From assembly GCA_951406725.2 (NCBI GenBank), contig OX597815.1:20770001-20834000 (forward strand): a stretch of DNA of 64,000 bases. The letters are read 5' to 3'. The notes beneath the pieces were generated by a model. That model did not search any database, was not told where the DNA came from, and saw only the letters and a program-made list of their open reading frames with translations. The position numbers and the translations under genes were made by a program. Positions 40,710-54,945 of this stretch are shown here, piece after piece. The DNA is from Octopus vulgaris (lineage: Eukaryota). How positions within the stretch are numbered: the stretch's first letter is position 1; each line of letters starts with the position of its first letter.

Positions 40710-41465
40710 TGTTTGACTTTTGCTTTATATTTGTTCAAGTTGGCTCCAAGTCTCAAGAGACAACAGGTTGGAAGTTCATGTTGTTGTTATGCCTAGTGTG
40801 CCATATATATATATATTTTTTTGGTGTTGTACTAGTGAATGTCTAAAAAAAAACGAAAATTGTGTTTGTTTTAAACCTTGAGATTACGTAGAAAGTATTT
40901 TGCGTAGGATATAAGCAGTTCCCATGAGCACTATCTTTTGGATTTCTGCCATTTTGGGGTTTCCTGGTATCTGAGTTAGGTTGCAATCAGCCCCTTTTGC
41001 TATCATTTCCAGGGCACCTGTGACAACATGTATAGTTTTAGACTTCAGTTTCCACATTTTGCTGATTTCTATTTCAAGATCTTTATATTTGTTCAGTTTT
41101 TTGTAGGTCTTGACAGATACGTTTATATCGATTGGGACAGTCATATCAATGAGGAGACATGTTCTTTGTCTGAAGTCTTTCAATATGATGTCTGGCCTAT
41201 TTGCATCTATCTTTCTGTCAGTTTGAATGGTGAAGTTCCAGAGGAGTGAGATGTGGTCATTTTCAAACACTGGAGGTGGTTTGTGTTCCCACCAGTTTTT
41301 TTCATGGGGCAAATCCAGGTTTTTGCAAATTACCCAGTGAATATATTGTGCAGCTCTACCATGCCTGTTGAGATACTCTGTAGGCGCAAGAAAGCTGCAC
41401 TTGGAGACAACATGATCAATGGTTTCATTTTGTTGTTGACATACACGACATGTTGGGCTACTGCC
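40710..41465 (-). mobile_element. R4/Dong-like RLE LINE 3' fragment
   Basis: ORF 40884-41312 with NRPDII, LIDMTVP, KLNKYKDL, GTAYILRK; (TTA)n on both sides. Confidence 0.88.
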
Positions 41466-41494
41466 TATTATTGTTATTATTATTATTATTATTC

Positions 41495-42372
41495 AGTAGT
41501 TTTATTTTTATAGCGTGCTTTCACTTCACTACCGAGCGCAGCTCTGTGTGCCTTGGGTATGTGCTGTGATTTGTTGTGATGCTCTGATGGTTATTGTATG
41601 GAAAGTGTTCTGCGTAGGATGTGTGCAGTGCCTAGTAGTGCAATTTTCTGTATGTTATATGTGTTTGTAAGTCCTGGTGTTTTTGTTATGTATTTGTCTG
41701 AATATTTTTTTATCATGCCTAATGCACCTACTATGATAGGAATTGTTTCTGTTTTCAGATTCCACATTCTAGTTACCTCTATTTCCAGGTCTTTGTATTT
41801 TGAGAGTTTCTTCATTTCTTTTAGAGACACGTTGTCATCTGCCGGTATTGATACATCAATTAGAAAGCATTTTTTTTCTTCATGATCTCTGACAACTATA
41901 TCTGGTCTGTTGGCCTTAATTTCTCTATCTGTGTGTATCGGCATATCCCAGAGTATGGTTGCTTTCTCGTTTTCTGTGACCTTTTCTGGTGTGTGCCTAT
42001 ACCATCTTTTTTCTGTTGTTATTCCATAATGTTGGCATAGCTTCCAGTGTATGTAGGTTCCAACTCTGTCATGTCTGTGAATATATTCCTTCTTAGCCAG
42101 GACTGGGCAGCTAGAGATAATATGATTTATTGTTTCTTGTCCATCTCCACATATTCTGCAGTTACTTGTAATATTTCTTTTCATTACATGTTTTTGGTAA
42201 TTTCTGGTGGGGAGGCTTTGGTCTTGTGCTGCAATTAAAAATCCCTCTGTTTCTGCTTTGAGTCCTGAGCTTCTCAACCATTGCTGGGATTTTTCTTTGT
42301 CTATTTCTTTTGCGTTTAGTTTAGTGCAGTATTTACCATGAAGGGGCTTTTCTTGCCATCGTTTTATCATCG
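41495..42372 (-). mobile_element. R4/Dong-like RLE LINE 3' fragment, open 259-aa C-terminus
   Basis: CCHC knuckle CRICGDGQETINHIISSC, RHD, NRPDIV, LIDVSIP, KLSKYKDL; (TTA)n on both sides. Confidence 0.92.
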
Positions 42373-42382
42373 TTTTATTATT

Positions 42383-42482
<100 letters not shown>

Positions 42483-42519
42483 TGTTGTTGTTGTTGTTGT
42501 TATTTTGTTGTTGTTGTTT

Positions 42520-43378
42520 TACTTCTCAGATTGCTCGGTCTTTTCTGCTCTGGTTGACCCTGTGAGAGCGGACAGCAGCTTGTTCTTGTAAGTGCATACT
42601 AATTCGGTTAGCAGGTATTTTTTTATCTTGATGTTTGGCGACAAGTCCCCTCAAATCTCAAGAATTTTCTTTAGGGTTCTTGCAGAATATAGGATGGTGC
42701 TTTTCTGCAAGTCGACAATGAGAGTTTTAATTCCAATCTCTTTCAGCTTTTTGTGCAGCGTTTTTGACTGTTGGGCCAACTGCACTTATTACTATAGGAA
42801 TAATTGCTGTCTTGGTCTTACACAGTCTCCTCAGCTCTCTGGATAGATCCTGATATTTATCAATTTTTTTCAATTTCTAAGGTATCAGCTCTGCTATCAT
42901 ATGGAATTGTAAAATCTGTGATCTTACACTGTTTGCTTATTTTGTCATATCAGTTCCCCACTTTTTTTTTTTTTGCTTCAGTAGTGTGGTCAGTCCTATG
43001 AAGAAATACCACAATATCTTGTAATTCTTATTTTCTATCACAGCTTCTGGTTCATACTCATACGGCTTTTCTGTTGTCTTGAAGTCGCACACTCAGCTAA
43101 CATCCCAATGCACTCTTTTGCTTATAGTCATATTTGTTTTTATACACCTTTTGTGCTAATATACAGAACTCAATCAAAAGGTGATTGATACTTCCGTCTT
43201 TATTCCTGCAGATTCTATACTTGCTGTCTGACTGAGTTTTGTCGATCTATGGCTTGATTAGATTTGTGCTAAGGACTTGTTCCCAAGTGGCTTTAACTAG
43301 CGGTTCTGTCTCTTGCTTCAAGTTCCCATCCGTCAACCAGAGCCAACGATGGTCACTTCCGACATTATGGGTTTGTTC

Positions 43379-43380
<2 letters not shown>
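42520..43380 (-). mobile_element. R4/Dong-like RLE LINE 3' fragment, degenerate
   Basis: WLTDGNLKQETE..., RIC..SINHLL, KRVHW, LQKSTIL; triplet-repeat flanks. Confidence 0.78.
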
Positions 43381-43450
<70 letters not shown>

Positions 43451-43497
43451 TATTATTATTATCATCACTATTATTATTATTATTATCATCATCATCC

Positions 43498-43531
<34 letters not shown>

Positions 43532-43539
43532 TATTATTA

Positions 43540-43722
43540 CCTTTGCACACCTAGCACTGGAGATGTACTACGGTGTCAGCTGTTCACTACCAGTGAACTA
43601 AGGTAACACCTCTTAATTTTCGAGCACCTTCCGGAGTATTCGAGTGGTTCCAAGCATTGCTGTTTTTTGCAAGTGCTCCAACCTTATTGCAGCCCCTGTT
43701 TGTTCCATGTACTTCTCAAGAT
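43540..43722 (-). mobile_element. R4/Dong-like extreme 3' end
   Basis: NLEKYMEQTGAAIRLEHLQKTAMLGTTRILRKVL; same subfamily as 48830-49150. Confidence 0.78.
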
Positions 43723-43729
43723 TTTTTTT

Positions 43730-44050
43730 ATAATAGGACAAAATTTATATTATGTGCTCTCAACCGAAGCAAGGTTCTATAACCTACAGCAAATCTACTG
43801 ATAGAAACATCTCAGCAGAACAATTTTAAAAACTTTCGAAATACAAGGAACTTGAGACTGAGATATCTAGGACGTAGTAATTAAAAAGCAAAACCATCTC
43901 TATTGTTGTAGGTTCCTTGAGAATGATCAAGAAAGGTATTATCACATGTTTTTGACCAGATGCTTGGGAAACCAACATTCTATGAAACTAAAAAAATTGT
44001 GTTGACATCAACAACTCGCATTCTCAGGAAAGTTTACTACATCTAACATA
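43730..44050 (+). mobile_element. R4/Dong-like 3' fragment, degenerate
   Basis: KLSKYKELETEI...IVVGSLRMIKKG...STTRILRKV. Confidence 0.7.
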
Positions 44051-44156
44051 TGCCTTATGTCTCTGGTCGAGACCCGGTCAGAAGATGAAATAAAATGCGG
44101 AAACAGAATTGAAAGATGATAATGAAAATGATAACAACAACAACAACAGCAATAAA

Positions 44157-44347
44157 AAGGTTTCAAATTTTGCCACAAGAGCAGCCAATTTGGGTATGGG
44201 ATGAGTCGATTGCATCGACACCAGTACTTCACTGGTACTTAATCTATTGACCCGAAAGGATGAAAGGCAAAGTCAACCCCGGCGGAATTTGAACTCAGAC
44301 CGTAGAGACGGGCGAAATTCCGCCAACAATTTTGCCAGCTCGCAACC
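44157..44347 (-). mobile_element. SINE family A
   Basis: GACCCGAAAGGATGAAAGGCAAAGTCAACCCCGGCGGAATTTGAACTCAG. Confidence 0.85.
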
Positions 44348-44376
44348 CTACTATAAAAACAACAACAACAATAAGG

Positions 44377-44522
<146 letters not shown>

Positions 44523-44559
44523 TATTATTATTATTATTATGATGATGATAATAATAATA

Positions 44560-45092
44560 ATGCCCTGATGCGGTACCAAGCAATAGCTCTCATGGCTTCT
44601 GATCGGAAGTGTTATCATGTACTTTTTTTTGTAGATGGGCCACAGAAAATATTCTGGACGATAACACAGATTCGCTTGTCAGTTACTTGACCTTAATCAG
44701 TTGTGCATGTCCCTTAGTGGCTGACGATAAGTGAATTTCTGATCACAACCAGGAGTAGTAGTGGAACATCATCGCCCTTTGTTGGGAAGGATTCTTTGGA
44801 GCTTGAATAACTGACCTCTAGAAACATGTGTGTTCATTATTGTTAACAAACCTTTTGAGGAACCTTTTTTTAGCAGGATGAGCTACTCGACCCAAAGAAA
44901 ATTCTAACTGGGGCCCACCTGCAAGGTCATGCGCAGTTTATCTTGATATGAGATCACCATGCCGCGCACATATTGTTGAGATGCATATGCCTAGAGTACC
45001 CTTATCAGTTGGGTAATCCTGATGGGTATATTGGGCTTCGTATATTTTTCACCCGTGTCACTTTGATAACGTGCTCTGTTCTCTCACTCACT
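44560..45092 (+). mobile_element. ~550-bp non-autonomous TAA-associated retroelement
   Basis: Reverse-complement homologue of 47836-48388; preceded by (TAA)n; ends CTCTCACTCA. Confidence 0.75.
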
Positions 45093-45175
45093 CCGTTGCA
45101 GTGTTAGTAGTAGTAGTAGTAGTAACGATATTTTAAAATTTTGACACAAGGCATGACGGGAATGAGTCGATTGCA

Positions 45176-46980
45176 TGCCATGACGGTAACATCGTCCGCG
45201 TATGCTGATATTGACCTCCCTTGTCCCTGTTCGAAAGGGATGCCTCTTAGCTGTTCCAGCTTCCGCAGCATTGGCTCAAGTATCTACACGTACAGAAGAG
45301 GCGACAGCGGCATCTCTGATGAACCGAGCGTGCAATGCCAAACGGCCCCGATAAGCGGCTGGTTACAACTGAACAGGTACCGCTGGGCATTGCAGCGATC
45401 TAGCCTCCCGAAAACAGGCGGGTCCGAAACCGCCTGCTTTCGGTACGGCTTCAAAATAGCGATGGCCGACCCTATCGAAAGCTTTTGATTGATTCAAATT
45501 GATCAGAGCACCTCCGAAGCCAGCTTTGCTCCCAGCCCTCTCTATGATATACCGCATAAGGTGGAGGTTGCCGTGGATAGACCCGCTCGGAATTGCGCAC
45601 GTTTGCGGTTCTCTGACCAGGCTACCGACGACAAACGCCAGACATTTCGTTAACACCTCTGCCAAAATCGTAAACTCTGTGTTTAGCAGAGTTATGGGCC
45701 GAAAATTCTGTAGTACGCCCCCATTGTCGGCATCCTTCCTCAGCAGTGTCACTACACCTCTTCTAACAGCACTAGGAATTCTCCCGTTCTGTTGCCAGTT
45801 GCGATAGACGTCTGCCAAGAAGTCACCAAACAAATCTGGCGTGAATACATAGTATTCATAGTGCAGACTATCCAAACCGGGCGATGTGCGATTTGTGCAA
45901 TCGCTCATCGCCTCCAAAATTTCAGCAGCTGTTATCGGCCTTTCACATAACCTCGTGTCAGTTGCCCAGAGCCGCGGCAAGCCATTCAGGTGCAAATTGA
46001 AGTCCAGTACCGTCGTCGACCCATCGCCCTCTTCAAACAGCTGCGCGAATTGCAGCTGAAAAGCCGCACACATCTTGTTGGAGTCGCGTAGCACTCGCCC
46101 ATCCCGATCCGTCAAAGAGTTGATCGTGTTTTTTTTCAACGTCGCGTCTCCACCGTTCGGGCCCATCGGACAGCTTTAGTTGCTTCCTGTTTGAGCACAC
46201 GGGCCTTAGCTCTGTCAACGCAAACTTCATGTTTCGCTTTGAAGAAATGGTCAAGGGTCATTCTCGCCGCTAACTCGTCAGTCACAATGCCCTTTTTAAT
46301 CGCCTCTTCTAATTTGCTAACTCGTTCACCCTCTAATATATTCCTTTCTATAACTAACTCTTTGCTAAACGCTATCGATTCTGCTCTAATCGCCCTCTTC
46401 AAGGTGGCCCACCATCGCTTGTTGACTATTGTCCCCGTCAATTGCCTCTTAACTAGTTCACTAATCTGGTCCCTGTAGTACTTGAGCGCCGGAAAGGACG
46501 CGTTTAACTTCCAGTAACCGGGTCCCTGTCTACGAGTTCTATCTAACTCGACTGTGCAGATCACAAACTTATGGTCTGTGTAGCCGATCAACTTAAATTG
46601 TGGACAACCTACACTATCCCTATCCTCTGACCTAACAAATACTCATCTAGATACGATCTGGATGACCCATTGTGGTTGCTCCATATCCACACTGGCACAT
46701 CAGAGAAATCCAGTCGATACCTATCAGACAATTGAAGTCTCTGAGCAGGTTTTCCAGGTTTTTGCAGTCCCTTCTTCTGTGTACTGGCCCCACACAATCC
46801 TTCCGTGCGTCCAAAATCCCCTTCCAGTCCTTTACTAGTACTAAACTGTGTGACGTTCCTAGGAATATTTCCAGAAGCCTGAAGAATTCTGGCCTACCAT
46901 CTCCTGTTGGGGTATACACGACCAGCAGTCTAAGGGCGCCATCTTCGTTACCATTCACATCTTAGATCACCAACCTGTCA
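45176..46980 (-). mobile_element. Tx1/L1-like LINE ORF2 remnant (EN and RT)
   Basis: LLVVYTP, YTDHKFV, GPGYWKLN, SPGLDSL, NFRPITLLNTE, QSKAFDRV, SAYADDVTV; frameshifted and truncated. Confidence 0.92.
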
Positions 46981-47048
46981 TTCAAGAAAATAATAATAAT
47001 AATAATAATAATGATAATAATAATAATAATAATAACAATAATGATAAC

Positions 47049-47081
<33 letters not shown>

Positions 47082-47082
<1 letters not shown>

Positions 47083-47268
47083 GAAAATCATAATGCAAAG
47101 ATCCTGTGGGATTGTACGATTCAGTGCGACCATGAGATAGAGAATAGGAAGCCAGACATAGTCTTAATTGAGAAAGATATAGCATGCCCAGCTGACAACA
47201 AGGTATGCGACAAGGAAGAAAGAAAAGTCGATAGATATGACAGGTTAGCTTGGGAGGTTAAGCAGTTC
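47082..47268 (+). mobile_element. R4/Dong-like RLE fragment
   Basis: KILWDCTIQCDHEIENRKPDIVL...KVDRY; preceded by (TAA)/(CAT)n. Confidence 0.8.
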
Positions 47269-47269
47269 T

Positions 47270-47760
47270 AACGCCTTTATGTCATTCTGCTGGTCAAAAT
47301 TAACTTTGGATATTTCTGTCATTTTTCCTTTGAAAAAGGCAGTTTTTACACATTTATCGAGGCCAAATTGCATCATGATATCTTCACTGAATTGTTTAAC
47401 AACCGCTAGTAAGCCCTGTAGTTGTTGGTCATTTTTTGCAAAGAGCTTTAAATCATCCATGTAAATGAGATGATGTATGTTTTTGCCAAACGTTTTATAA
47501 CATTACTGTATATCATTCAGCAATATCGAGAGAGGTGTTAAGGCTAGACAAAAGAGGATTGGTGATAGAGAATCACCCCAGAAAATGCCACATGAAATTC
47601 TTACATCTCCAGCATTAAGAGATTCATTGTCACTGTTCAAAGTCAGTGTGGTTCTGCATGATCTCATACTTAGATACAAGAAGTTTCGCAGAGTAGGTGC
47701 TAATTTATACATTTTCAAACATTTCTTAATCCAGCTATGTGGTAGACTATCAAAAGCTTT
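47270..47760 (-). mobile_element. R4/Dong-like RT fragment
   Basis: KAFDSLPHSWI, GIFWGDSLSP, HLIYMDDLKLFA, FGLDKC. Confidence 0.88.
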
Positions 47761-47777
47761 TATTATTGTTATTGTTG

Positions 47778-47835
<58 letters not shown>

Positions 47836-47836
<1 letters not shown>

Positions 47837-48385
47837 GAGTGAGTGAGTGAGAGAGCAGTTCATGCCATCAAAGTGACACTGGGGTAAAATATACGACGCC
47901 CAGTATATCCATCATGACTATCCGTCTGACAAGGATACATCAGGCACATGCATCACAACCATATGTGCACGATATGGTCATCGCATATCAAGATAAACAG
48001 CACATGGGCTTGCAGTTAGAATTTCCATCTGGTCGAGTAACCCATCCTGCTCAAAAGGTCCCTGAATAAGGGTTGTTTAAGGATGTTGAACGAACACCCA
48101 TGTTTCCAGAGGTGAACTATTCAAACCCAAAGAATCCCTCTCAACACATGGCTATGATGCTCCCCCACTACTTCTGCTCGTGATCATTGATTCACATATC
48201 GTCAGCCACAAAGGAACATGCTCAACTGGTTAAGGTCAAACAACTGAAAAGCAAATTTGTAGTATTGAGCAGAATATTTGCTGTAGCCCGTCTTTTATAC
48301 CAAAACAAAACAATGTACATGATAACACTTCCAATCAGTTAAGATCAGAAGCCACGACAGCCACTGCCTAGTACAGCATCAGGAC

Positions 48386-48388
<3 letters not shown>
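47836..48388 (-). mobile_element. ~550-bp non-autonomous TAA-associated retroelement
   Basis: (TTA)n on both sides; homologous to 44560-45092. Confidence 0.8.
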
Positions 48389-48421
<33 letters not shown>

Positions 48422-48461
48422 GTTTATTATAATTATTATTATTATCATCATCATCATTGAA

Positions 48462-48673
48462 GGTGGCGAGCTGGCAGAATCATTAGCAAGCTGGGCGAAA
48501 TGCTTAGCTGTATTTCGTCTATCTTTACGTTCGGAGTTAAAATTCCACCGAGATCGACTTTGCCTTTCATCCATTCGGGTTCGATAAATTATGTACCAGT
48601 TGCACACTGAAGTCGATCTAATCGACTGGCCTCTTTCCGCCAAATTTCAGGCCTTGTGCCTATAGTAGGAAGG

Positions 48674-48674
<1 letters not shown>
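48462..48674 (+). mobile_element. SINE family A
   Basis: GGTGGCGAGCTGGCAGAATC...ATCGACTTTGCCTTTCATCC; TTA tail. Confidence 0.88.
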
Positions 48675-48724
<50 letters not shown>

Positions 48725-48768
48725 GTTATTATTATTATTATCATCATCATCATCATCATCATCATCAC

Positions 48769-48829
<61 letters not shown>

Positions 48830-49150
48830 GCCTTTGCGCAGCTTCTCACGCTGGAGATGTATTATGAACTAGATGAACTAAGAGAACACCTCTTATTTTC
48901 GAGTATCTTTCGGAGAATTCAAGCAGTTCCAAGCAGTGCTGATTTCTGCAAGTGCTCCACACTTATTGCAGCCCCTATTTGTCACATGTACTTCTCAAGA
49001 TTTTTGCTCACTGTTCCCAGGACTCTGACAGTTATCGGTACCACTACCACCTCTTTCTTCGACTGCAACTGCTTTACCTCCCAAGCTAACCTGTCATACC
49101 TATCTACTTTTCTTTCTTCCTTATCGCATGCCTTGTTGTCAGTTGAGCAT
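48830..49150 (-). mobile_element. R4/Dong-like 3' end
   Basis: DKEERKVDRYDRLAWEVKQ...NLEKYM..HLQKSALLGTA; (TTA)n on both sides. Confidence 0.82.
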
Positions 49151-49181
49151 GTTATATTATTATTATTATTATTATTATTAT

Positions 49182-49272
49182 TGAGTGAGAGATCAGTTCA
49201 TGCCATCAAAGTGACACTGGGGTAAAATATACGAAGCCCAATATACCCATCATGACTACCCGTCTGATAAAG
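49182..49272 (-). mobile_element. 3' fragment of the ~550-bp TAA-associated element
   Basis: Matches 47846-47935. Confidence 0.8.
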
Positions 49273-49323
49273 GTACATAAATGTATATGTGCGTGTTAGT
49301 GTGTGTATGTATGTAATTAACGC

Positions 49324-49356
<33 letters not shown>

Positions 49357-49530
49357 AAGGGAAAGTTTACGAAAATAGACAAAAGACGCAGGCATGTGGA
49401 GCACAAAGAAACAAATGTGTTAGTACAGCGCTCAGGAATAGAAAAAGTATTTTATGTTTCGAGCCTACGCTCTTCGACAGAAAGATACACAGAAAAAAAC
49501 AAGGAGAGAAACAAGGAGAGAAAGAAATGC
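49357..49530 (-). mobile_element. Penelope-like terminal fragment with hammerhead-like motif (49449-49484)
   Basis: Minus strand CTTT-CTGTCGA-A-GAGC GTAG GCTC-GAAACATA-AAAT. Confidence 0.65.
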
Positions 49531-49741
49531 GTGTATATATGTGCATATACGATACCATCACTACAGTGGTAAATTTAGATTCCTTTATACTTAAGAGATA
49601 AATTATCATATCTATACTAATTTATTCAATTACGTTTTGCGATCCCTCTTTCCTTCTTTCTCGTTCTCTCTTTACTTCTATCTGTCTAGCAATGTATCTA
49701 TTGATATATATATATATATATACATATATACACATACATAC

Positions 49742-49789
<48 letters not shown>

Positions 49790-49792
<3 letters not shown>

Positions 49793-50070
49793 TGTAATCC
49801 TTCTTTGATTCCGCTCTCCTGTCTTTGAAAACCTGCTCCCTCTTGTTTACCACTTCCGCCTTTTCAGTATGTGACCTCGTGAAGACCACTTGCATATTTT
49901 TCCCTCTGTCCTCTCACCTCGGGATCTTTCTTTCTCCTATGTTTCCGACGAAGAGCTCCACTCGAAACGTCATACCCTCCTTCTTCCCACCTTTCATGAG
50001 CGCCCAATAATACTTTATTTGTTCCACATCCTCGCGTTGTTGTCTTTTTGTTTTCTTGTTTGGATTAACT
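49790..50070 (+). mobile_element. Penelope-like terminal fragment with hammerhead-like motif (49941-49975)
   Basis: CCGACGA-A-GAG CTCCA CTC-GAAACGTC; homologous, inverted, to 62712-62920, 29065-29170 and 60285-60355. Confidence 0.65.
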
Positions 50071-50181
50071 TTATATGTATATATACGCGTATACATATAT
50101 TTGTATGTATGTATATATATATATATATATGTATATACGTGTATATCTATCTACCTATCTCTCTGTCTCTCTCTCTCTATA

Positions 50182-50220
<39 letters not shown>

Positions 50221-50350
50221 ACATCTACACCTTTCACTCTTACTTCTGTGTATGTGTGCGTTTGTGTGTGAATGTGTATAACTAAAGAGCAAGAAACATG
50301 TGATATAAATATATACATATGCGCATAATTAAACAAACATATATATATAC

Positions 50351-50531
<181 letters not shown>

Positions 50532-50590
50532 GTACAAACATCTATACGTACGTGTAAATAAATGTACATAATTTTATACATGTACATATA

Positions 50591-50624
<34 letters not shown>

Positions 50625-50932
50625 CGTGTGTCTGAGTTTCTGTGTGTGTGTGTGTGTGTGTGATTATGCGTGTGTGTGTGTTTGTGTGTGAGTGTATGTA
50701 TGTACTATGTATGTATCTTTGTATGCATGCATGTGTGTATGCGCGTATGTTCCTATATATGTACGCATACAGTGTGAGAGTTTAGGTATATTCATATGCA
50801 TAAATTTGTGATTATTATACAGTCACGGATAAATAGAAAGATGGCAAGATAATCTCATAACCAGGTATATATGAACCAACGGATATCTATATAAATGTTT
50901 ATCTATGTGTCTATGTATCTATCTATTTATCA

Positions 50933-50974
<42 letters not shown>

Positions 50975-51299
50975 ATGTTTGACTGTACGTGTACCAGCGC
51001 CTACAGGTGTGAGCGTTGTAGGTTCTGGGGTGTTTTTCTGTGTTCTCCGGGAGACGCAAGCTATATGAATAAGCATGAATGGGCAGTTATAGCAAGCAAA
51101 CCACAACTGGAAGTCCAGCGTATTCGAACAGAGATGAACCATAGTTTAGACTGAGAACTGTGTCACGTATCCTTTGGAATACTCAGCCGGTTGCACGTCG
51201 GTTTATAATATAAGCAGTTAAGTTAAATGCTCATCTTCGAAACCGACGGAGGATGTACTATTATTTAAAGAAACATTTAAGCACACGCACACAATATAT

Positions 51300-51367
51300 A
51301 TATGCGAGTATGTGTGTGTGTGTATGTGCACACGTATATATATATATATATGTATATTTATATTTAT

Positions 51368-51451
<84 letters not shown>

Positions 51452-51539
51452 GCATATTTATATATATATGTATATATTTATATATGTATATATATATGTA
51501 TATATGTATATATATGTATGTATATATATATATATGTAC

Positions 51540-51570
<31 letters not shown>

Positions 51571-51895
51571 TATATACATACACACATATTTATATATACA
51601 TATATATACATACATACATATACACACCCACAAACATTTAAGTAGACAGCAAGGTGTGTGGCAACTTAGCTAGATTTATAAGTATAATAGGTTTGTCAGA
51701 ATGATAAAGAAATGAAAATAAACTTCTTAAATGTTAGAATTAGCTTGTAGTGTCGCAGATTACGTTATATTACTGGAGGCTGCTGTCACAGAGAGAATGA
51801 ACAATTATTCAGCGATAGATAATTGCGACAGTTATAATAGAGTCCGTATGAGTGTGTGCATGTGTCTAGATGTGTGTGCGTGCATGTATGTGTGC

Positions 51896-51950
<55 letters not shown>

Positions 51951-51973
51951 TTATAAATACGTATATACAAATG

Positions 51974-52015
<42 letters not shown>

Positions 52016-52213
52016 TGTATATATATACATATATATACATATATATATACACGCATAAATATATGCATATATACATATATATATACGTATGTGTGTACAT
52101 ACGCACAATCACATATGTATACACATAGGTATATATGCATTTAATAGTATATATATTTGTAATATATGTGTGTATATATTTACATACATTTATATACTTA
52201 TACATATACATTC

Positions 52214-52254
<41 letters not shown>

Positions 52255-52333
52255 ATACATATAAGTATTCATATATATACATATATATACATGCATATGC
52301 ATATATATGTATATAATATATATATACATATGT

Positions 52334-52424
<91 letters not shown>

Positions 52425-52633
52425 GCACTATGGAAAATTAGTTCTCATCGTAATCACGTTGTTCTACGATCGAACATACAATGAGCTATATCAGGCATGT
52501 GCCTACAACCACCATATTCTCGAGGAAAATCAAAGCTTTGCAGATGGGAACATATTTCAATATTTGTGCATGTAGGGAGTGTGTGCATACGTGCACATGC
52601 TATGCCTGAATGTACGTATATATATATATATTT

Positions 52634-52674
<41 letters not shown>

Positions 52675-52956
52675 CATACACACACATACAGACACAGACA
52701 CACATACATATATATATATATATAGATATAGATATATATATAGATATATATATATAGATATATATATAGATATATATATATATAATATAATTCGAGACAA
52801 AACCACTATTTTAAAACCAAACAAGAAAAGACTTAATCAATACATAAAATTTTAATATAAATTAAATAAACCGCCACAACAAATATTTTACTATAAAATT
52901 GGATTTAACCCTAAATCTGATTTTTCCCTGTAATTTTGGATTCATTCCCTAATATT

Positions 52957-53026
<70 letters not shown>

Positions 53027-53428
53027 TTTGGACTATTTCATATATTAACAACCAAATTTCAATAAAATAAATGTTACCTACAGATGCTACTATTGTGTTT
53101 TACTTATATCAGATAAGGTTTGCACTATGTGAAATATAGTTTTACAAATTTTTCAGAACTTTCATTAGAAATATACATTCATATATACATACACTCACCA
53201 GACACGCACAAACACGCACACATACACACATATATACATGTACATATATATATATATATGTGTGTGTATATATATAAATATATATATACATACATGCAGA
53301 TATACACATATGTACATATATATGTGTGTGTGTGTATGTATGTATATATATATATATATAGAGAGAGAGGGGAGTGAGAGAGAGAGCTAGGGGAGGGATA
53401 TATTTATATTTTCTGTAAGTAGACTTAC

Positions 53429-53478
<50 letters not shown>

Positions 53479-53564
53479 ACATACACATATATTTGTGTAT
53501 ATATATATATATATGAATTGTTATATGTGTCTGTGTGTATGAGTGTTTGTACGTGTACATTATG

Positions 53565-53603
<39 letters not shown>

Positions 53604-53645
53604 TTGTGTATGCAAATATATATATAGATATATGTATTGAAGTAT

Positions 53646-53678
<33 letters not shown>

Positions 53679-53725
53679 CATACTTACATATATCTATTTC
53701 TTATCTATCTATATATACATATAAA

Positions 53726-53810
<85 letters not shown>

Positions 53811-53860
53811 ATGTATGTATGTATGTATGTATGTATGTATGTATGTTTGTATGTATGTAT
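51300..53860. repeat. Microsatellite-dense region (TA, TG, TATG)
   Basis: Visible directly; explains dozens of spurious ORFs. Confidence 0.9.
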
Positions 53861-54175
53861 GTAGATATATTGTCCTTCAGCAACAATAGTCTCTGATAGT
53901 CTCAGTGACTACTAGTAAATTCATGCCACGACCGACAGAGGTGGTATTATTGAAGCCGAGGATTTTGAACTTACATATCGCCTTAGGAAACACAAGTTGA
54001 TCTCATAATGCAAGGAAGATGTTACATAATCAAGTACTTGCACCCCTCGAGCACCATGTTGCGGTGAAGCAACTGTGGTGATTGAAATATAAGTGTCCAC
54101 CCGTGCCCCTTCGTGCTGACTCCAATCTTTTTAATATAAATCCATATATATATGTGTGTGTCTGTCTGTGCGTGC

Positions 54176-54226
<51 letters not shown>

Positions 54227-54500
54227 TATATATCTTTATATATGTAAGGGATGATTAGAAACTATGGATAAATATCACCAATATATTATTGATTTCTTTT
54301 ACCGCATATTGAAGAGGGGTTTGTCTAAAGAAACCTTACGTCTAGGTTCTACGGTTACTGTACATACATTCCTACATACATACATTCATACATACACACA
54401 CACATAAATACATACATACATACATACATACATACATACGTACGTACGTGCATACATGCATACACGTATACATATACACACACTCACGCGTGCTCACACA

Positions 54501-54547
<47 letters not shown>

Positions 54548-54668
54548 GCAGAGAGGAAAACGTATATATGTAAACATGTATGTATGTATGTATGTGTGTA
54601 TGTATGGATCTATGTATCTATCTTTCTCTCAATCTATCTATCTGTCTGTCAGTCTGTCTATCTGTCTG

Positions 54669-54739
<71 letters not shown>

Positions 54740-54905
54740 GTTTATCTATGTATCTATCTATCTGTCTATCTGTCGATATGTGTATGTGTGTGTGTGTTTA
54801 TTTGTATGCATATATGTGTCTGCGTCCATAGTGTGTGCCCGCGTGTGTGTATGTGCGTATGTGAGTTTGTGTCCGTGTATATTTGCGTGTGTGTCTGTTT
54901 GTGCT

Positions 54906-54945
<40 letters not shown>

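Noticed and set aside
41591-42370. Domesticated or host nuclease gene
   Set aside because: 5'-truncated LINE end flanked by TAA repeats; the open frame reflects a young insertion.
54305-54360. Hammerhead-like TTGAAGAGGGG
   Set aside because: No closing CCCC-GAAA or stem III; truncated or degenerate.
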